This document shows, in pieces, positions 51,381 through 59,985 of a DNA stretch of 59,985 nt. Location of the stretch: contig JAYVSU010000069.1 of assembly GCA_043775055.1 (NCBI GenBank), forward strand, positions 1 through 59,985. Reading direction: 5' to 3'. Every line of letters starts with the position of its first letter. Position 1 is the first letter of the stretch. A model generated the notes under the pieces. The model worked only from the letters and a program-made list of their open reading frames with translations, was not told the origin of the DNA and ran no database searches. The position numbers were made by a program, and so were the translations under genes. This stretch comes from Polaromonas sp. Its GTDB lineage: Bacteria > Pseudomonadota > Gammaproteobacteria > Burkholderiales > Burkholderiaceae_C.

Positions 51381-54266
51381 TTATTTCGTTAAAACGAAAC
51401 CTTTCAGCTTGCCAAATGCGGCATCAACCAATGATTTTTGTTGCTCTTGGTGTAGGTGTGAATATCCAACCGCAGGAGAGGCTGATGCAGCGCGCCCCGC
51501 ATAACCCAACTTCTGGCCTTCATTCATATTTTCATGAATGTAGTGCTGCACAAAGAACCAAGCACCTTGATTTTGCGGCTCATCCTGGCACCACACAACT
51601 TCGCTTGCATTTGGGTACTTCTTCATCTCTGTAGCAAACGCCTTGTGCGGGAAAGGGTAGAGCTGCTCCACTCGAATAATGGCAGTGTCATCATGCCCAT
51701 TTTCTTCGCGACGCTTCACCAAGTCGTAGTAGACCTTTCCAGAACAAGCAACGATCCGCTTAACTTTGTCAGCTTTCAGCGCCTTATTTTCAGGAATCAC
51801 TGTTTGGAACATGCCTTTGGTGAACTCAGACAGCGGTGACGCAGCATCCTTTGCACGCAACAATGACTTAGGTGTCATGATGATCAACGGCTTACGCAAA
51901 TTGCGTACCATTTGACGACGCAGAATGTGGAAAATCTGGCTTGCAGTTGTCGGCTGTACAACCTGCATATTGGTATCAGCACTCAGCTGCATGAACCGCT
52001 CTAGACGAGCCGAGCTGTGTTCCGGTCCTTGGCCTTCATAGCCATGCGGTAGCATCAAGGTAATGCCGTTCACACGTCCCCACTTGACTTCCCCGCTCGC
52101 GATAAACTGATCGATCACGACCTGCGCACCATTGGCAAAGTCACCGAACTGTGCCTCCCAAATCACAAAAGTGTTAGGGTCGTTTGATGCGTAACCATAT
52201 TCAAATGCAAGTACAGCTTCTTCAGACAAGATGGAATCAATGACGACAAAAGGTGCTTGATTAGGCGCAACATTTTGTAGCGGCGTATATGTACCCTCGT
52301 CAAACTTTTCACGATTTTGATCATGAATTACAGCATGGCGGTGTGTAAACGTACCGCGACCACAGTCTTCTCCAGACAATCGCACGGGATAGCCACTTGC
52401 AACTAAGGATGCAAACGCCATGTGCTCACCCATTCCCCAATCGACCGGAATTTCTCCACGCCCCATGGCCGCACGATCCGCGTAAACTTTTTTCACTAAC
52501 TGGTGAGGCATCACACTCTCAGGAATTGTGGTAATTTTCTCAGCCAAGCGCTTCCACTCGGCCATCGGAATAGCCGTGTCCCCTGCATCTGTCCATTTTT
52601 TACTCAAATATGGCTGCCAATCGACTGCGAACTTGCTTTTGAAGTTAGTCAAGACTGGGTCAAAAGTGTTTTTACCAATATCAAGTGCTGCTCGCATAGC
52701 TTTTACCATGTCGTCGCCAAGAGTCTCACCCATGCCTTGCGTCGTGAGCTTGTCTGCATACAATCTGCGTGTGCCTGGGTGCGCAGCGATTTTTTTGTAC
52801 ATCAACGGCTGCGTGAGTGCCGGTGTGTCTTGCTCGTTATGACCCAACTTACGGAAGCAAATAATGTCAACTACCACATCTTTTTGGAATTCCATGCGGT
52901 ACTCTAACGCCCATTGCGTTGCCAAAACTACAGCTTCAGGGTCATCTCCGTTGACGTGCAAAACTGGTGCTTCGACCATTTTGACAACATCGGAACAATA
53001 CAAAGTAGAGCGACTGTCACGTGGGTCGCTGGTTGTGAAACCAATCTGGTTATTGATAACAATGTGAACCGTTCCACCCGTTGAGTAACCACGGGTTTCT
53101 GCCAAAGCTAATGTCTCCATCACAACGCCTTGACCAGCAAAAGCAGCATCACCATGCACCAGCACAGGCAGCACTTGCAAGCCTTTTGGGTCAGCACGGC
53201 GATCCATCCGTGCTCGTACAGAGCCCTCAACGACTGGATTAACAATTTCCAAATGTGATGGATTGAAGGCCAGAGTTAAATGTACGGGTCCACCAGGCGT
53301 CGTAACGTCAGAGCTGAAACCTTGGTGATATTTCACGTCGCCACTCGGCAAATCCTCTGGCGCAGTGTGGTCGAATTCTGCGAACAAATCAGCAGGAACT
53401 TTACCCAGAGAATTTACCAAAACATTCAAACGACCACGATGCGCCATACCGATGACGATTTCTTGCAGTCCAATGCTGCCACCGCGCTGAATCAACTCAT
53501 CCATGGAGGCAATAAAGCTCTCACCACCTTCTAATGAAAAGCGCTTTTGTCCCACATATTTAGTATGCAAAAATCGCTCTAAACCTTCTGCAGCAGTTAG
53601 CCTGTCCAAAATATGCAACTTCTTTTCTGCAGTGAAATTGGGTTTGCTGCGTACGCTTTCTAGCTTTTGTTGCCACCAACGTTTTTTCGCTTGATCGGTA
53701 ATGTACATGTACTCAGCGCCGATCGTGCCACAATACGTTTCTCTCAAAGCATTCATCAACTCACGCAAACTCATCGTATTTTTGCCGAAGAATGTGTTGC
53801 TTGTATCAAAAACAGCTTCTTGATCTGCATCGCTAAAGCCATAAAAAGATGACTCTAGCTCAGGGATTTTTTCACGTTCGGTGCGTTTTAAAGGGTCTAA
53901 ATCAGCCCAACGTGCGCCAACATTACGGTAAGCTGCAATCAATTGCTGCACTGCTGTACGTTTACGCCCCATTTCGGCGTCAGCACTACCCATCACAACT
54001 TTGGTACCACCTTGTTTAGCGCGGTCAGCAAAAGCATTGATCACAGGCAAATGTGGGACATCTTTTGTGTTCGTGCCGTCAACAGCGGGGACATGCTGCA
54101 GCGCGTCAAAATAGTCTCTCCAGCTGTCAGGAACACTTCCTGGATTGGCTAGATAATTTTCATACATTTCTTCCACATAAGGGGCGTTGCCTCCAAATAG
54201 GAATGTATTGCCTGAATAGGCTTGATAGACCGAACCCGTGGGTTGTGTCGTTGGCGATTGACTCAT
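51381..54266 (-). CDS. sucA: 2-oxoglutarate dehydrogenase E1
   Basis: About 961 aa; start at MSQSPTTQ (54266) with GGAGAA upstream; the ORF-track extension to 54329 is rejected. Confidence 0.96.
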   Translation of the reverse strand: MSQSPTTQPTGSVYQAYSGNTFLFGGNAPYVEEMYENYLANPGSVPDSWRDYFDALQHVPAVDGTNTKDVPHLPVINAFADRAKQGGTKVVMGSADAEMGRKRTAVQQLIAAYRNVGARWADLDPLKRTEREKIPELESSFYGFSDADQEAVFDTSNTFFGKNTMSLRELMNALRETYCGTIGAEYMYITDQAKKRWWQQKLESVRSKPNFTAEKKLHILDRLTAAEGLERFLHTKYVGQKRFSLEGGESFIASMDELIQRGGSIGLQEIVIGMAHRGRLNVLVNSLGKVPADLFAEFDHTAPEDLPSGDVKYHQGFSSDVTTPGGPVHLTLAFNPSHLEIVNPVVEGSVRARMDRRADPKGLQVLPVLVHGDAAFAGQGVVMETLALAETRGYSTGGTVHIVINNQIGFTTSDPRDSRSTLYCSDVVKMVEAPVLHVNGDDPEAVVLATQWALEYRMEFQKDVVVDIICFRKLGHNEQDTPALTQPLMYKKIAAHPGTRRLYADKLTTQGMGETLGDDMVKAMRAALDIGKNTFDPVLTNFKSKFAVDWQPYLSKKWTDAGDTAIPMAEWKRLAEKITTIPESVMPHQLVKKVYADRAAMGRGEIPVDWGMGEHMAFASLVASGYPVRLSGEDCGRGTFTHRHAVIHDQNREKFDEGTYTPLQNVAPNQAPFVVIDSILSEEAVLAFEYGYASNDPNTFVIWEAQFGDFANGAQVVIDQFIASGEVKWGRVNGITLMLPHGYEGQGPEHSSARLERFMQLSADTNMQVVQPTTASQIFHILRRQMVRNLRKPLIIMTPKSLLRAKDAASPLSEFTKGMFQTVIPENKALKADKVKRIVACSGKVYYDLVKRREENGHDDTAIIRVEQLYPFPHKAFATEMKKYPNASEVVWCQDEPQNQGAWFFVQHYIHENMNEGQKLGYAGRAASASPAVGYSHLHQEQQKSLVDAAFGKLKGFVLTK

Positions 54267-54442
54267 ATTCCGCTGTTCTCCGTTTCCCTTGAGGAAACTA
54301 AGTTTAGTTTTAAAAACCTTCCGCGACACGGCTTAACCGATTGGCGGATGCGACTGTGGCAGGAAGGGCCTTGGTAACAGCTAGTATTGTGACAGCAAAT
54401 TCTTAGGCTGACAAATTTATGTTCTTACACAAAACTTGCAAC

Positions 54443-55801
54443 TCAAGCTGCTTGAATCCGAACCCGCTGAGCAGGTAAGGTAAAACCAAATGTAGAACCT
54501 GTTCCTACCATGCTTTCAATTCGCAACTCACCGCCATGCCGAAGTACTACGTGCTTAACAATAGACAGACCCAGCCCAGTACCCCCTGACTCTCTAGATC
54601 TGCTTGCATCCACCCTGTAAAAACGCTCGGTAAGGCGAGAAAGATGTTCGGATGCAATCCCATAGCCAGTATCTTTGACTTCAAACTCCGCTTTCCCGTT
54701 GGGTGCAAGCTTGAGACTTACAAAGATCGTACCTGCTGAAGGTGCGTGCCTGACAGCGTTGTTAACAAGGTTTGACATGGCACTCAACAGCTCTGCTTGA
54801 GAACCAGCAAACTCCAAATTCGAAGGCATACTGAAGAGAATTGATTGTCGGAATTCCGTCGACTGATGCGACGCACTTAGTAACTCAGACAAAGATTTAG
54901 CCTCTTGCTCACATACGTCCATCAACACCTTGGCACTAAACCAAGAGTCGCCAAGAGGCGCAGGACTTCCCTCCAATTTAGATAATGTAAGTAGATCGCT
55001 AACGAGTACTTGCATGCGCTGTGCTTGCACGGCCATTAAATCAAGATACTTTTTCTGCTCTACTTCACCCAATGGCAAAGTTTGCAAAGTTTCAACAAAT
55101 CCAGCCAAGACCGTCAATGGCGTACGAATCTCATGCGAAACATTCGCTACAAAATCCCGCCTCATTAGATCAGTCAGCTCTAATGCCGTGACATCATGCG
55201 AGAGCATCAGCTTTTTGCCTATCCCGTAGGGGTGAATTTGAACGGCAATACGACTTGGACGCGCATAGCTACTTTTATTTCCAGCTATGGTAATTTCATA
55301 AGTAAAGTCGTTCGCATTGAAATAAGATGCAAACACGGGGTCTCTTACCAAATTACCTATATGTTGCGAAATGTCCGCATGAACATTCAAACCAAAATGC
55401 TCAGCTGCTGTCAAATTAGACCATTCAATTTGTCCGTTTGCATCTAGTAGCAGAACGCCGTTTGGAGAAGCTTGAATAGCCGACAAAAAATCAGCTAAGC
55501 GACTCTCGCTTGCCTGCACATCTTGCATATGCTGACGCAGTAATCGACGGACGCGATCTACGGCTTCACCCCATAGGCCACCGATTCTAGGTATGTCATT
55601 ACCATTACCGTCTCGCAACCAGGTTAAAGCTCGCGACGCACGCATTAAATTTAACAAAGTCCAGAAAAAGCCACCTAAAAGTGCACCGCAAACTGCGAGC
55701 AATAATGTATCGAATGTAGTAGAGAATTGCGATCCCAATATGGCAACGATTCCAGCGCCAGCTAAAGAGCAAAATATATAACCTGTTAATCGCCAAATCA
55801 T
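54443..55801 (-). CDS. phoR: Phosphate regulon sensor histidine kinase PhoR
   Basis: Two N-terminal TM helices, PAS, H-box SHEIRTPLT, G-boxes; 6 nt after phoB. Confidence 0.92.
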   Translation of the reverse strand: MIWRLTGYIFCSLAGAGIVAILGSQFSTTFDTLLLAVCGALLGGFFWTLLNLMRASRALTWLRDGNGNDIPRIGGLWGEAVDRVRRLLRQHMQDVQASESRLADFLSAIQASPNGVLLLDANGQIEWSNLTAAEHFGLNVHADISQHIGNLVRDPVFASYFNANDFTYEITIAGNKSSYARPSRIAVQIHPYGIGKKLMLSHDVTALELTDLMRRDFVANVSHEIRTPLTVLAGFVETLQTLPLGEVEQKKYLDLMAVQAQRMQVLVSDLLTLSKLEGSPAPLGDSWFSAKVLMDVCEQEAKSLSELLSASHQSTEFRQSILFSMPSNLEFAGSQAELLSAMSNLVNNAVRHAPSAGTIFVSLKLAPNGKAEFEVKDTGYGIASEHLSRLTERFYRVDASRSRESGGTGLGLSIVKHVVLRHGGELRIESMVGTGSTFGFTLPAQRVRIQAA

Positions 55802-55807
55802 TGAAAT

Positions 55808-56515
55808 TTAAGTTGGAATGATTGAAGCCACAGCAGCGGTTAAACGATATCCGGTTCCACGCACGGTTTCAATGTGACGGCCAGCTTGCCCCAAAGCCTC
55901 ACGCAGACGTTTAACATGAACGTCAACCGTCCGCTCCTCGATGTAAACGTGATCACCCCACACCTTGTCTAGCAATTGGCCTCGGCTATGCACTCGCTCA
56001 GAATGCTTCATTAAGTACTGCAATAATTTGAATTCTGTTGGTCCAACTTTGAGCTCTTGACCTAAATATGAAACCCTATGTGTTGCTGTGTCAAGTGCCA
56101 ACGATCCAATGGTTATTGACTCTGTTTCCAGCTGAGGTGTGCTACGACGCAAGACAGCACGTATGCGCGCAAGTAGCTCCTTGGTCGAAAAAGGCTTCGT
56201 AATATAGTCGTCTACGCCAGCCTCAAAACCCGCGACCTTGTCAGACTCATCGCCTTTAGCAGTTAACAAGATAATTGGTACAACTTTTGAACGCTCGTCG
56301 CTACGCCACTTTCGCGCTAAACTCAAACCACTTTGACCGGGTAGCATCCAATCCAGCAGAATAACATCTGGCAAGTCTGCATCCAACTCACGTTGAGCTG
56401 CTATACCCTCCACAGCCCACACGGGAGCAAAACCATTGTGCTTTAGATTCACCGCAATCAATTCTGCGATTGCGGGTTCATCTTCAACAATCAGAATTCG
56501 CGGGATAGTTTTCAT
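55808..56515 (-). CDS. phoB: Phosphate regulon response regulator PhoB
   Basis: Receiver domain (ILIVEDE...LLDWMLPG) plus OmpR-type winged helix. Confidence 0.94.
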   Translation of the reverse strand: MKTIPRILIVEDEPAIAELIAVNLKHNGFAPVWAVEGIAAQRELDADLPDVILLDWMLPGQSGLSLARKWRSDERSKVVPIILLTAKGDESDKVAGFEAGVDDYITKPFSTKELLARIRAVLRRSTPQLETESITIGSLALDTATHRVSYLGQELKVGPTEFKLLQYLMKHSERVHSRGQLLDKVWGDHVYIEERTVDVHVKRLREALGQAGRHIETVRGTGYRLTAAVASIIPT

Positions 56516-56542
56516 GCACTGTATATTTGAAATCGTGAAACG

Positions 56543-57268
56543 CTATTTAACTGCTGATTCAATTTCGGCCATCGTTGTATGTCTGACGTCTGCGCCCTTA
56601 ACGATATAAATGACAACCTCAGCAATATTTTTGGCGTGATCCCCAATTCGCTCTATCGCTTTGGCTACAAATAGCAAGTCAAGACTTGCAGAAATTGTTC
56701 GTGGGTCTTCCATCATATAAGTGACAAGTTTACGAACAAATCCATCGAATTCTTTGTCAATCAAGTCGTCTTCTTTCAAGATTCCGACAGCCAAACCCGT
56801 ATCTAAGCGAGCAAAGCTGTCTAAGGCTTTACGCAACTGATTTGAGGCTAAATCAGCAGCCAAACGCAAGTCGCCCGACGGCAGAGCACGCGCCGGACCA
56901 CCTTGAATTCCACTATGCAAAATAGACTTAACCATTCGTGCAATTTTGTCAGCCTCGTCACCAGCACGCTCTAGGTTTGCTGTCGTTTTAGAAATAGCAA
57001 TCAACAATCTTAAGTCTCTGGCGGTAGGCTGCCTGCGCGCAATGATAGATGACAAATCGCGGTCGATTTCAACTTCCATAGCGTTAACGCGAGATTCCGT
57101 CTCCGCCACTTGATTAGCAACTTCCAAACTGAACTGAGAAAGTGCTTGGATCGCAAGTTTAATTTGGGCTTCCACTAAACCGCCCATCTCCATCACTTTA
57201 GATGAGACGCCATTCAGTTCGCTGTCAAACTGTGTTGATAAATGTTTATCTGCCATACTGTGCTCCAA
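56543..57268 (-). CDS. phoU: Phosphate signalling protein PhoU
   Basis: Two PhoU repeats with ERIGD/ERAGD motifs. Confidence 0.94.
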   Translation of the reverse strand: MEHSMADKHLSTQFDSELNGVSSKVMEMGGLVEAQIKLAIQALSQFSLEVANQVAETESRVNAMEVEIDRDLSSIIARRQPTARDLRLLIAISKTTANLERAGDEADKIARMVKSILHSGIQGGPARALPSGDLRLAADLASNQLRKALDSFARLDTGLAVGILKEDDLIDKEFDGFVRKLVTYMMEDPRTISASLDLLFVAKAIERIGDHAKNIAEVVIYIVKGADVRHTTMAEIESAVK

Positions 57269-57275
57269 TTATTTC

Positions 57276-58046
57276 TCAACCAAAACGGCCGGTGATGTAA
57301 TCTTCTGTTTCTTTGCGTTTTGGCTTAAAGAACAATTGCTCAGTTGCGCCAAACTCAATCAAATCACCCAAATACATATATGCGGTGTGATCACTACAGC
57401 GTGCCGCTTGCTGCATGTTGTGGGTCACAATAACCACTGTGTAATCTGATTTAAGCTCCGTAATTAACTCTTCTATCTTAGAGGTTGAAATCGGATCTAA
57501 AGCTGAGCAAGGTTCATCTAGCAGCAAGACTTCGGGTTTGATTGCTATTCCTCTGGCAATACACAAACGCTGTTGCTGTCCGCCTGATAGGCTAGACCCT
57601 GTTTGGTTGAGCTTGTCTTTAACCTCGGTCCATAGTGCAGCCTTTCGCAAAGCCCACTCAACACGCTCATCCATATCGCTGGCATTCAAATTTTCAAACA
57701 ACTTGACACCAAATGCAACATTGTCATAAATGGACATCGGAAAAGGAGTTGGCTTCTGAAATACCATACCGATTTTTGCGCGTATCAATGCAACATCTTG
57801 CTTAGATGTCAGCAAGTCTTCACCGTCCAATTTAATAGTGCCCTCTGCACGCTGCTCTGGATACAACTCAAACATACGGTTAAATGTGCGCAGTAAAGTA
57901 GATTTACCACAGCCAGAAGGACCAATAAAAGCTGTCACTTTTTTCTCAGGAATTTCAAGATTGATGTTTTTAAGAGCATGGAATTTCCCATAATAAAAAT
58001 TCAAATCTTGAACCGATAATTTTGATTTTAATAATTCTGTAGTCAT
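57276..58046 (-). CDS. pstB: Phosphate ABC transporter ATP-binding protein
   Basis: Walker A GPSGCGKS, signature LSGGQQQR, Walker B LLLDEP. Confidence 0.96.
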   Translation of the reverse strand: MTTELLKSKLSVQDLNFYYGKFHALKNINLEIPEKKVTAFIGPSGCGKSTLLRTFNRMFELYPEQRAEGTIKLDGEDLLTSKQDVALIRAKIGMVFQKPTPFPMSIYDNVAFGVKLFENLNASDMDERVEWALRKAALWTEVKDKLNQTGSSLSGGQQQRLCIARGIAIKPEVLLLDEPCSALDPISTSKIEELITELKSDYTVVIVTHNMQQAARCSDHTAYMYLGDLIEFGATEQLFFKPKRKETEDYITGRFG

Positions 58047-58100
58047 AGCTTGCTTTTCGTTGCTTCATTGAAGATAGTGTTCGCAATTGATTCAATAATA

Positions 58101-58982
58101 TTATTTTTCACGCGTTAATACCCGCGCCAAAATATTCAAGCCCAAAACAGTGACTGTTATCAAAAATACACCTGCCCAGGCCAGTTTTTGCCAATTCTCA
58201 TAGGGACTCATCGCAAACTTAAAGATTGTCACCGGCAAACTCGCCATCGGTTCTGTCAGGCTAGACGTCCAAAATTGATTGTTTAATGCAGTAAACAGCA
58301 AAGGAGCAGTTTCACCAGATATTCGAGCAACTGCCAAAAGCAATCCAGTCACCACACCTGCCCGTGCAGCGCGTAAAGTTATGAAAATGATCACCTTCCA
58401 CTTGGGTGAGCCCAAAGCATACGCAGCCTCTCGCAATCCGGCTGGAACTAATTGGAGCATGTTCTCCGTGGTTCTAATAACAACTGGAATAGCAATCATG
58501 GCTAAAGCAATAACGCCAGCCCAACCTGAGAATGATTTGAATCGTGTCACGATCACGGCATAAACAAACAAGCCAATAACGATTGATGGTGCAGACAACA
58601 AAATATCGTTAACAAAACGAGTAACACTAGCGAGCCAACTTTTGGGCTCATATTCAGCTAAATAAATTCCAGCCATGATGCCAATGGGTGTACCTATGAA
58701 AGTTGCCATCAGCACCATTAAGAATGAGCCATAAATCGCATTCGCAATACCACCAGTCTCATTTGGTGGCGGAGTCATCTCCGTCAAAGTAGCAAACGCC
58801 ATACCTCCTAAACCTAAACGAATGGTTTCCCATAAAATCCAAATCAACCAAAAAAGTCCGAAGCCCATCGCCAGCAAAGACAAGGTTAGTGCAATTTGAT
58901 TGACTCTTTTGCGTTGCTTGAACTTTGTTTCTCGCGCTTTTAAAGCGGTATTTGTATTAATAAGTAGCTTACTAGTCGTCAT
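58101..58982 (-). CDS. pstA: Phosphate ABC transporter permease PstA
   Basis: Six-TM permease with EAA-like loop; 4-nt overlap with pstC. Confidence 0.93.
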   Translation of the reverse strand: MTTSKLLINTNTALKARETKFKQRKRVNQIALTLSLLAMGFGLFWLIWILWETIRLGLGGMAFATLTEMTPPPNETGGIANAIYGSFLMVLMATFIGTPIGIMAGIYLAEYEPKSWLASVTRFVNDILLSAPSIVIGLFVYAVIVTRFKSFSGWAGVIALAMIAIPVVIRTTENMLQLVPAGLREAAYALGSPKWKVIIFITLRAARAGVVTGLLLAVARISGETAPLLFTALNNQFWTSSLTEPMASLPVTIFKFAMSPYENWQKLAWAGVFLITVTVLGLNILARVLTREK

Positions 58983-59944
58983 GATTTAGCTCCCTCGCTC
59001 TTTTTTAGCTGCGTGAGTAGCAGTTTAGACAACGAAAGCACAACAAACGTAATAAAAAACAACACGAGTCCGAGGTAAAACAACGACGCCTGATGCAAAC
59101 CAGCGCCGGCCTCTGCAAACTCATTTGCCAATGCGGAAGTGATGCTGTTTGCAGCCTCAAAAACACTCAAAGAATTTAATTGATTGGTATTTCCAATGAT
59201 GAAGGTGATTGCCATCGTCTCACCCAACGCTCTTCCCAGCCCAAGCATGATGCCGCCAACAACACCGGCTTTTGTATATGGCAGAACGACTTTGGACATG
59301 ACCTCCCAAGTCGTTGAACCTAAACCATAAGCTGATTCTTTGAGAAGTGGAGGCGTGACTTCAAAGACATCGCGCATCACAGAAGCAATGAACGGAATAA
59401 TCATAATCGCCAAAACAATACCTGCAGATAAAATGCCGATGCCAACAGGGGGGCCAGAAACCAAGCTCCCAAGAAATGGGACACCTGTCAATAATTTCTG
59501 CAAGGGCTGTTGAACATAGGTTGCCAAAATTGGGCCCAATACAAGCAAACCCCACATACCATACACAATCGAAGGCACAGCTGCCAACAATTCGATTGCC
59601 GTTCCCAATGGACGCTTCAACCATGCTGGCGACAGTTCGGTCAAAAAAAGAGCGATTCCAAAACTTACTGGCACAGCAATGAGTAAGGCGATCAATGACG
59701 TAGCCAAAGTGCCATAAATCATCACCAAGCCACCAAACTCCTCTTTTACGGGATCCCATACGCTGCTAGTTAAAAATCCAAAGCCAAATTTTTGTATGGC
59801 TGGCCAAGCGCCAATTATCAAGGACAGCAATATGCCAAGCAAAAGAGCCAGTGTTAATAAAGCCGCACCTTTGGCAGCAAGTCCGAAAATTCGGTCAGCA
59901 AAAGTACCCCAGCGAGGTGTGGGAGCAGCAGGAGGTATAGTCAT
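58979..59944 (-). CDS. pstC: Phosphate ABC transporter permease PstC (start likely ATG 59944; frame stays open to window edge)
   Basis: Permease pattern; upstream pstS expected beyond the right edge. Confidence 0.9.
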   Translation of the reverse strand: MTIPPAAPTPRWGTFADRIFGLAAKGAALLTLALLLGILLSLIIGAWPAIQKFGFGFLTSSVWDPVKEEFGGLVMIYGTLATSLIALLIAVPVSFGIALFLTELSPAWLKRPLGTAIELLAAVPSIVYGMWGLLVLGPILATYVQQPLQKLLTGVPFLGSLVSGPPVGIGILSAGIVLAIMIIPFIASVMRDVFEVTPPLLKESAYGLGSTTWEVMSKVVLPYTKAGVVGGIMLGLGRALGETMAITFIIGNTNQLNSLSVFEAANSITSALANEFAEAGAGLHQASLFYLGLVLFFITFVVLSLSKLLLTQLKKSEGAKS

Positions 59945-59985
59945 TGTGCTTTTATGCCCCGCGCTGGTAAAGTTACCAGTCAAAT

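Noticed and set aside
50930-51634. 234-aa plus-strand ORF antisense to sucB and the sucA 3' end
   Set aside because: It is a shadow ORF of the Ala-rich sucB linker region (the antisense of GCN codons stays open). It crosses the sucA-sucB intergenic gap without any start context.
1-59985. Search for CRISPR arrays, IS elements, integrases, phage genes and rRNA genes
   Set aside because: I could see no regularly spaced 25-40 bp repeats, no transposase- or integrase-like ORFs in the six-frame track, and no rRNA-like sequence. The only RNA gene I can support is tRNA-Leu.

Overview
This window looks like chromosomal core DNA of a moderate-GC betaproteobacterium. The gene order is typical of Burkholderiales; that is an inference from synteny, as no search was run. 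About 95% of it is housekeeping, mostly on the minus strand. It contains a complete 14-gene NADH:quinone oxidoreductase operon nuoA-N (5.7-20.3 kb), followed by DUF2818, NUDIX and DUF1178 genes. It also holds secG-tRNA-Leu(GAG), tpiA, a quinone oxidoreductase, and rpsO-pnp with a recognisable terminator and leader hairpin. One long co-directional block runs ndk-rlmN-pilW-rodZ-ispG-hisS-yfgM-like-bamB-der-hfq-hflX-hflK-hflC-DUF2065. The rest is rluB, scpB, rluD, bamD, a DinG/YoaA-type helicase, sucA-sucB-lpdA-zapE, and pstC-pstA-pstB-phoU-phoB-phoR. Only two small patches look non-core. The first is the left 2.7 kb: an orphan ORF, a brnT/brnA-like toxin-antitoxin pair, an ABM monooxygenase and a LapA-domain membrane protein, lying between an ABC exporter gene and gdhA. 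The second is 46.0-47.5 kb: an orphan PP2C phosphatase and a secreted coiled-coil protein translationally coupled to zapE. The most unusual thing I can actually see is a five-copy family of roughly 55-75 bp intergenic repeats with core ATGGCTGTAGCCGKCGTATTTATTGCC. Three direct copies delimit the small modules at the left end in a cassette-like way, and two more copies sit in core intergenic gaps (pnp/qor, and inverted at der/hfq). I found no CRISPR array, integrase, transposase, prophage or recognisable multi-gene defence system. I do not claim a novel system beyond the repeat/cassette hypothesis, which needs whole-genome and comparative checks.
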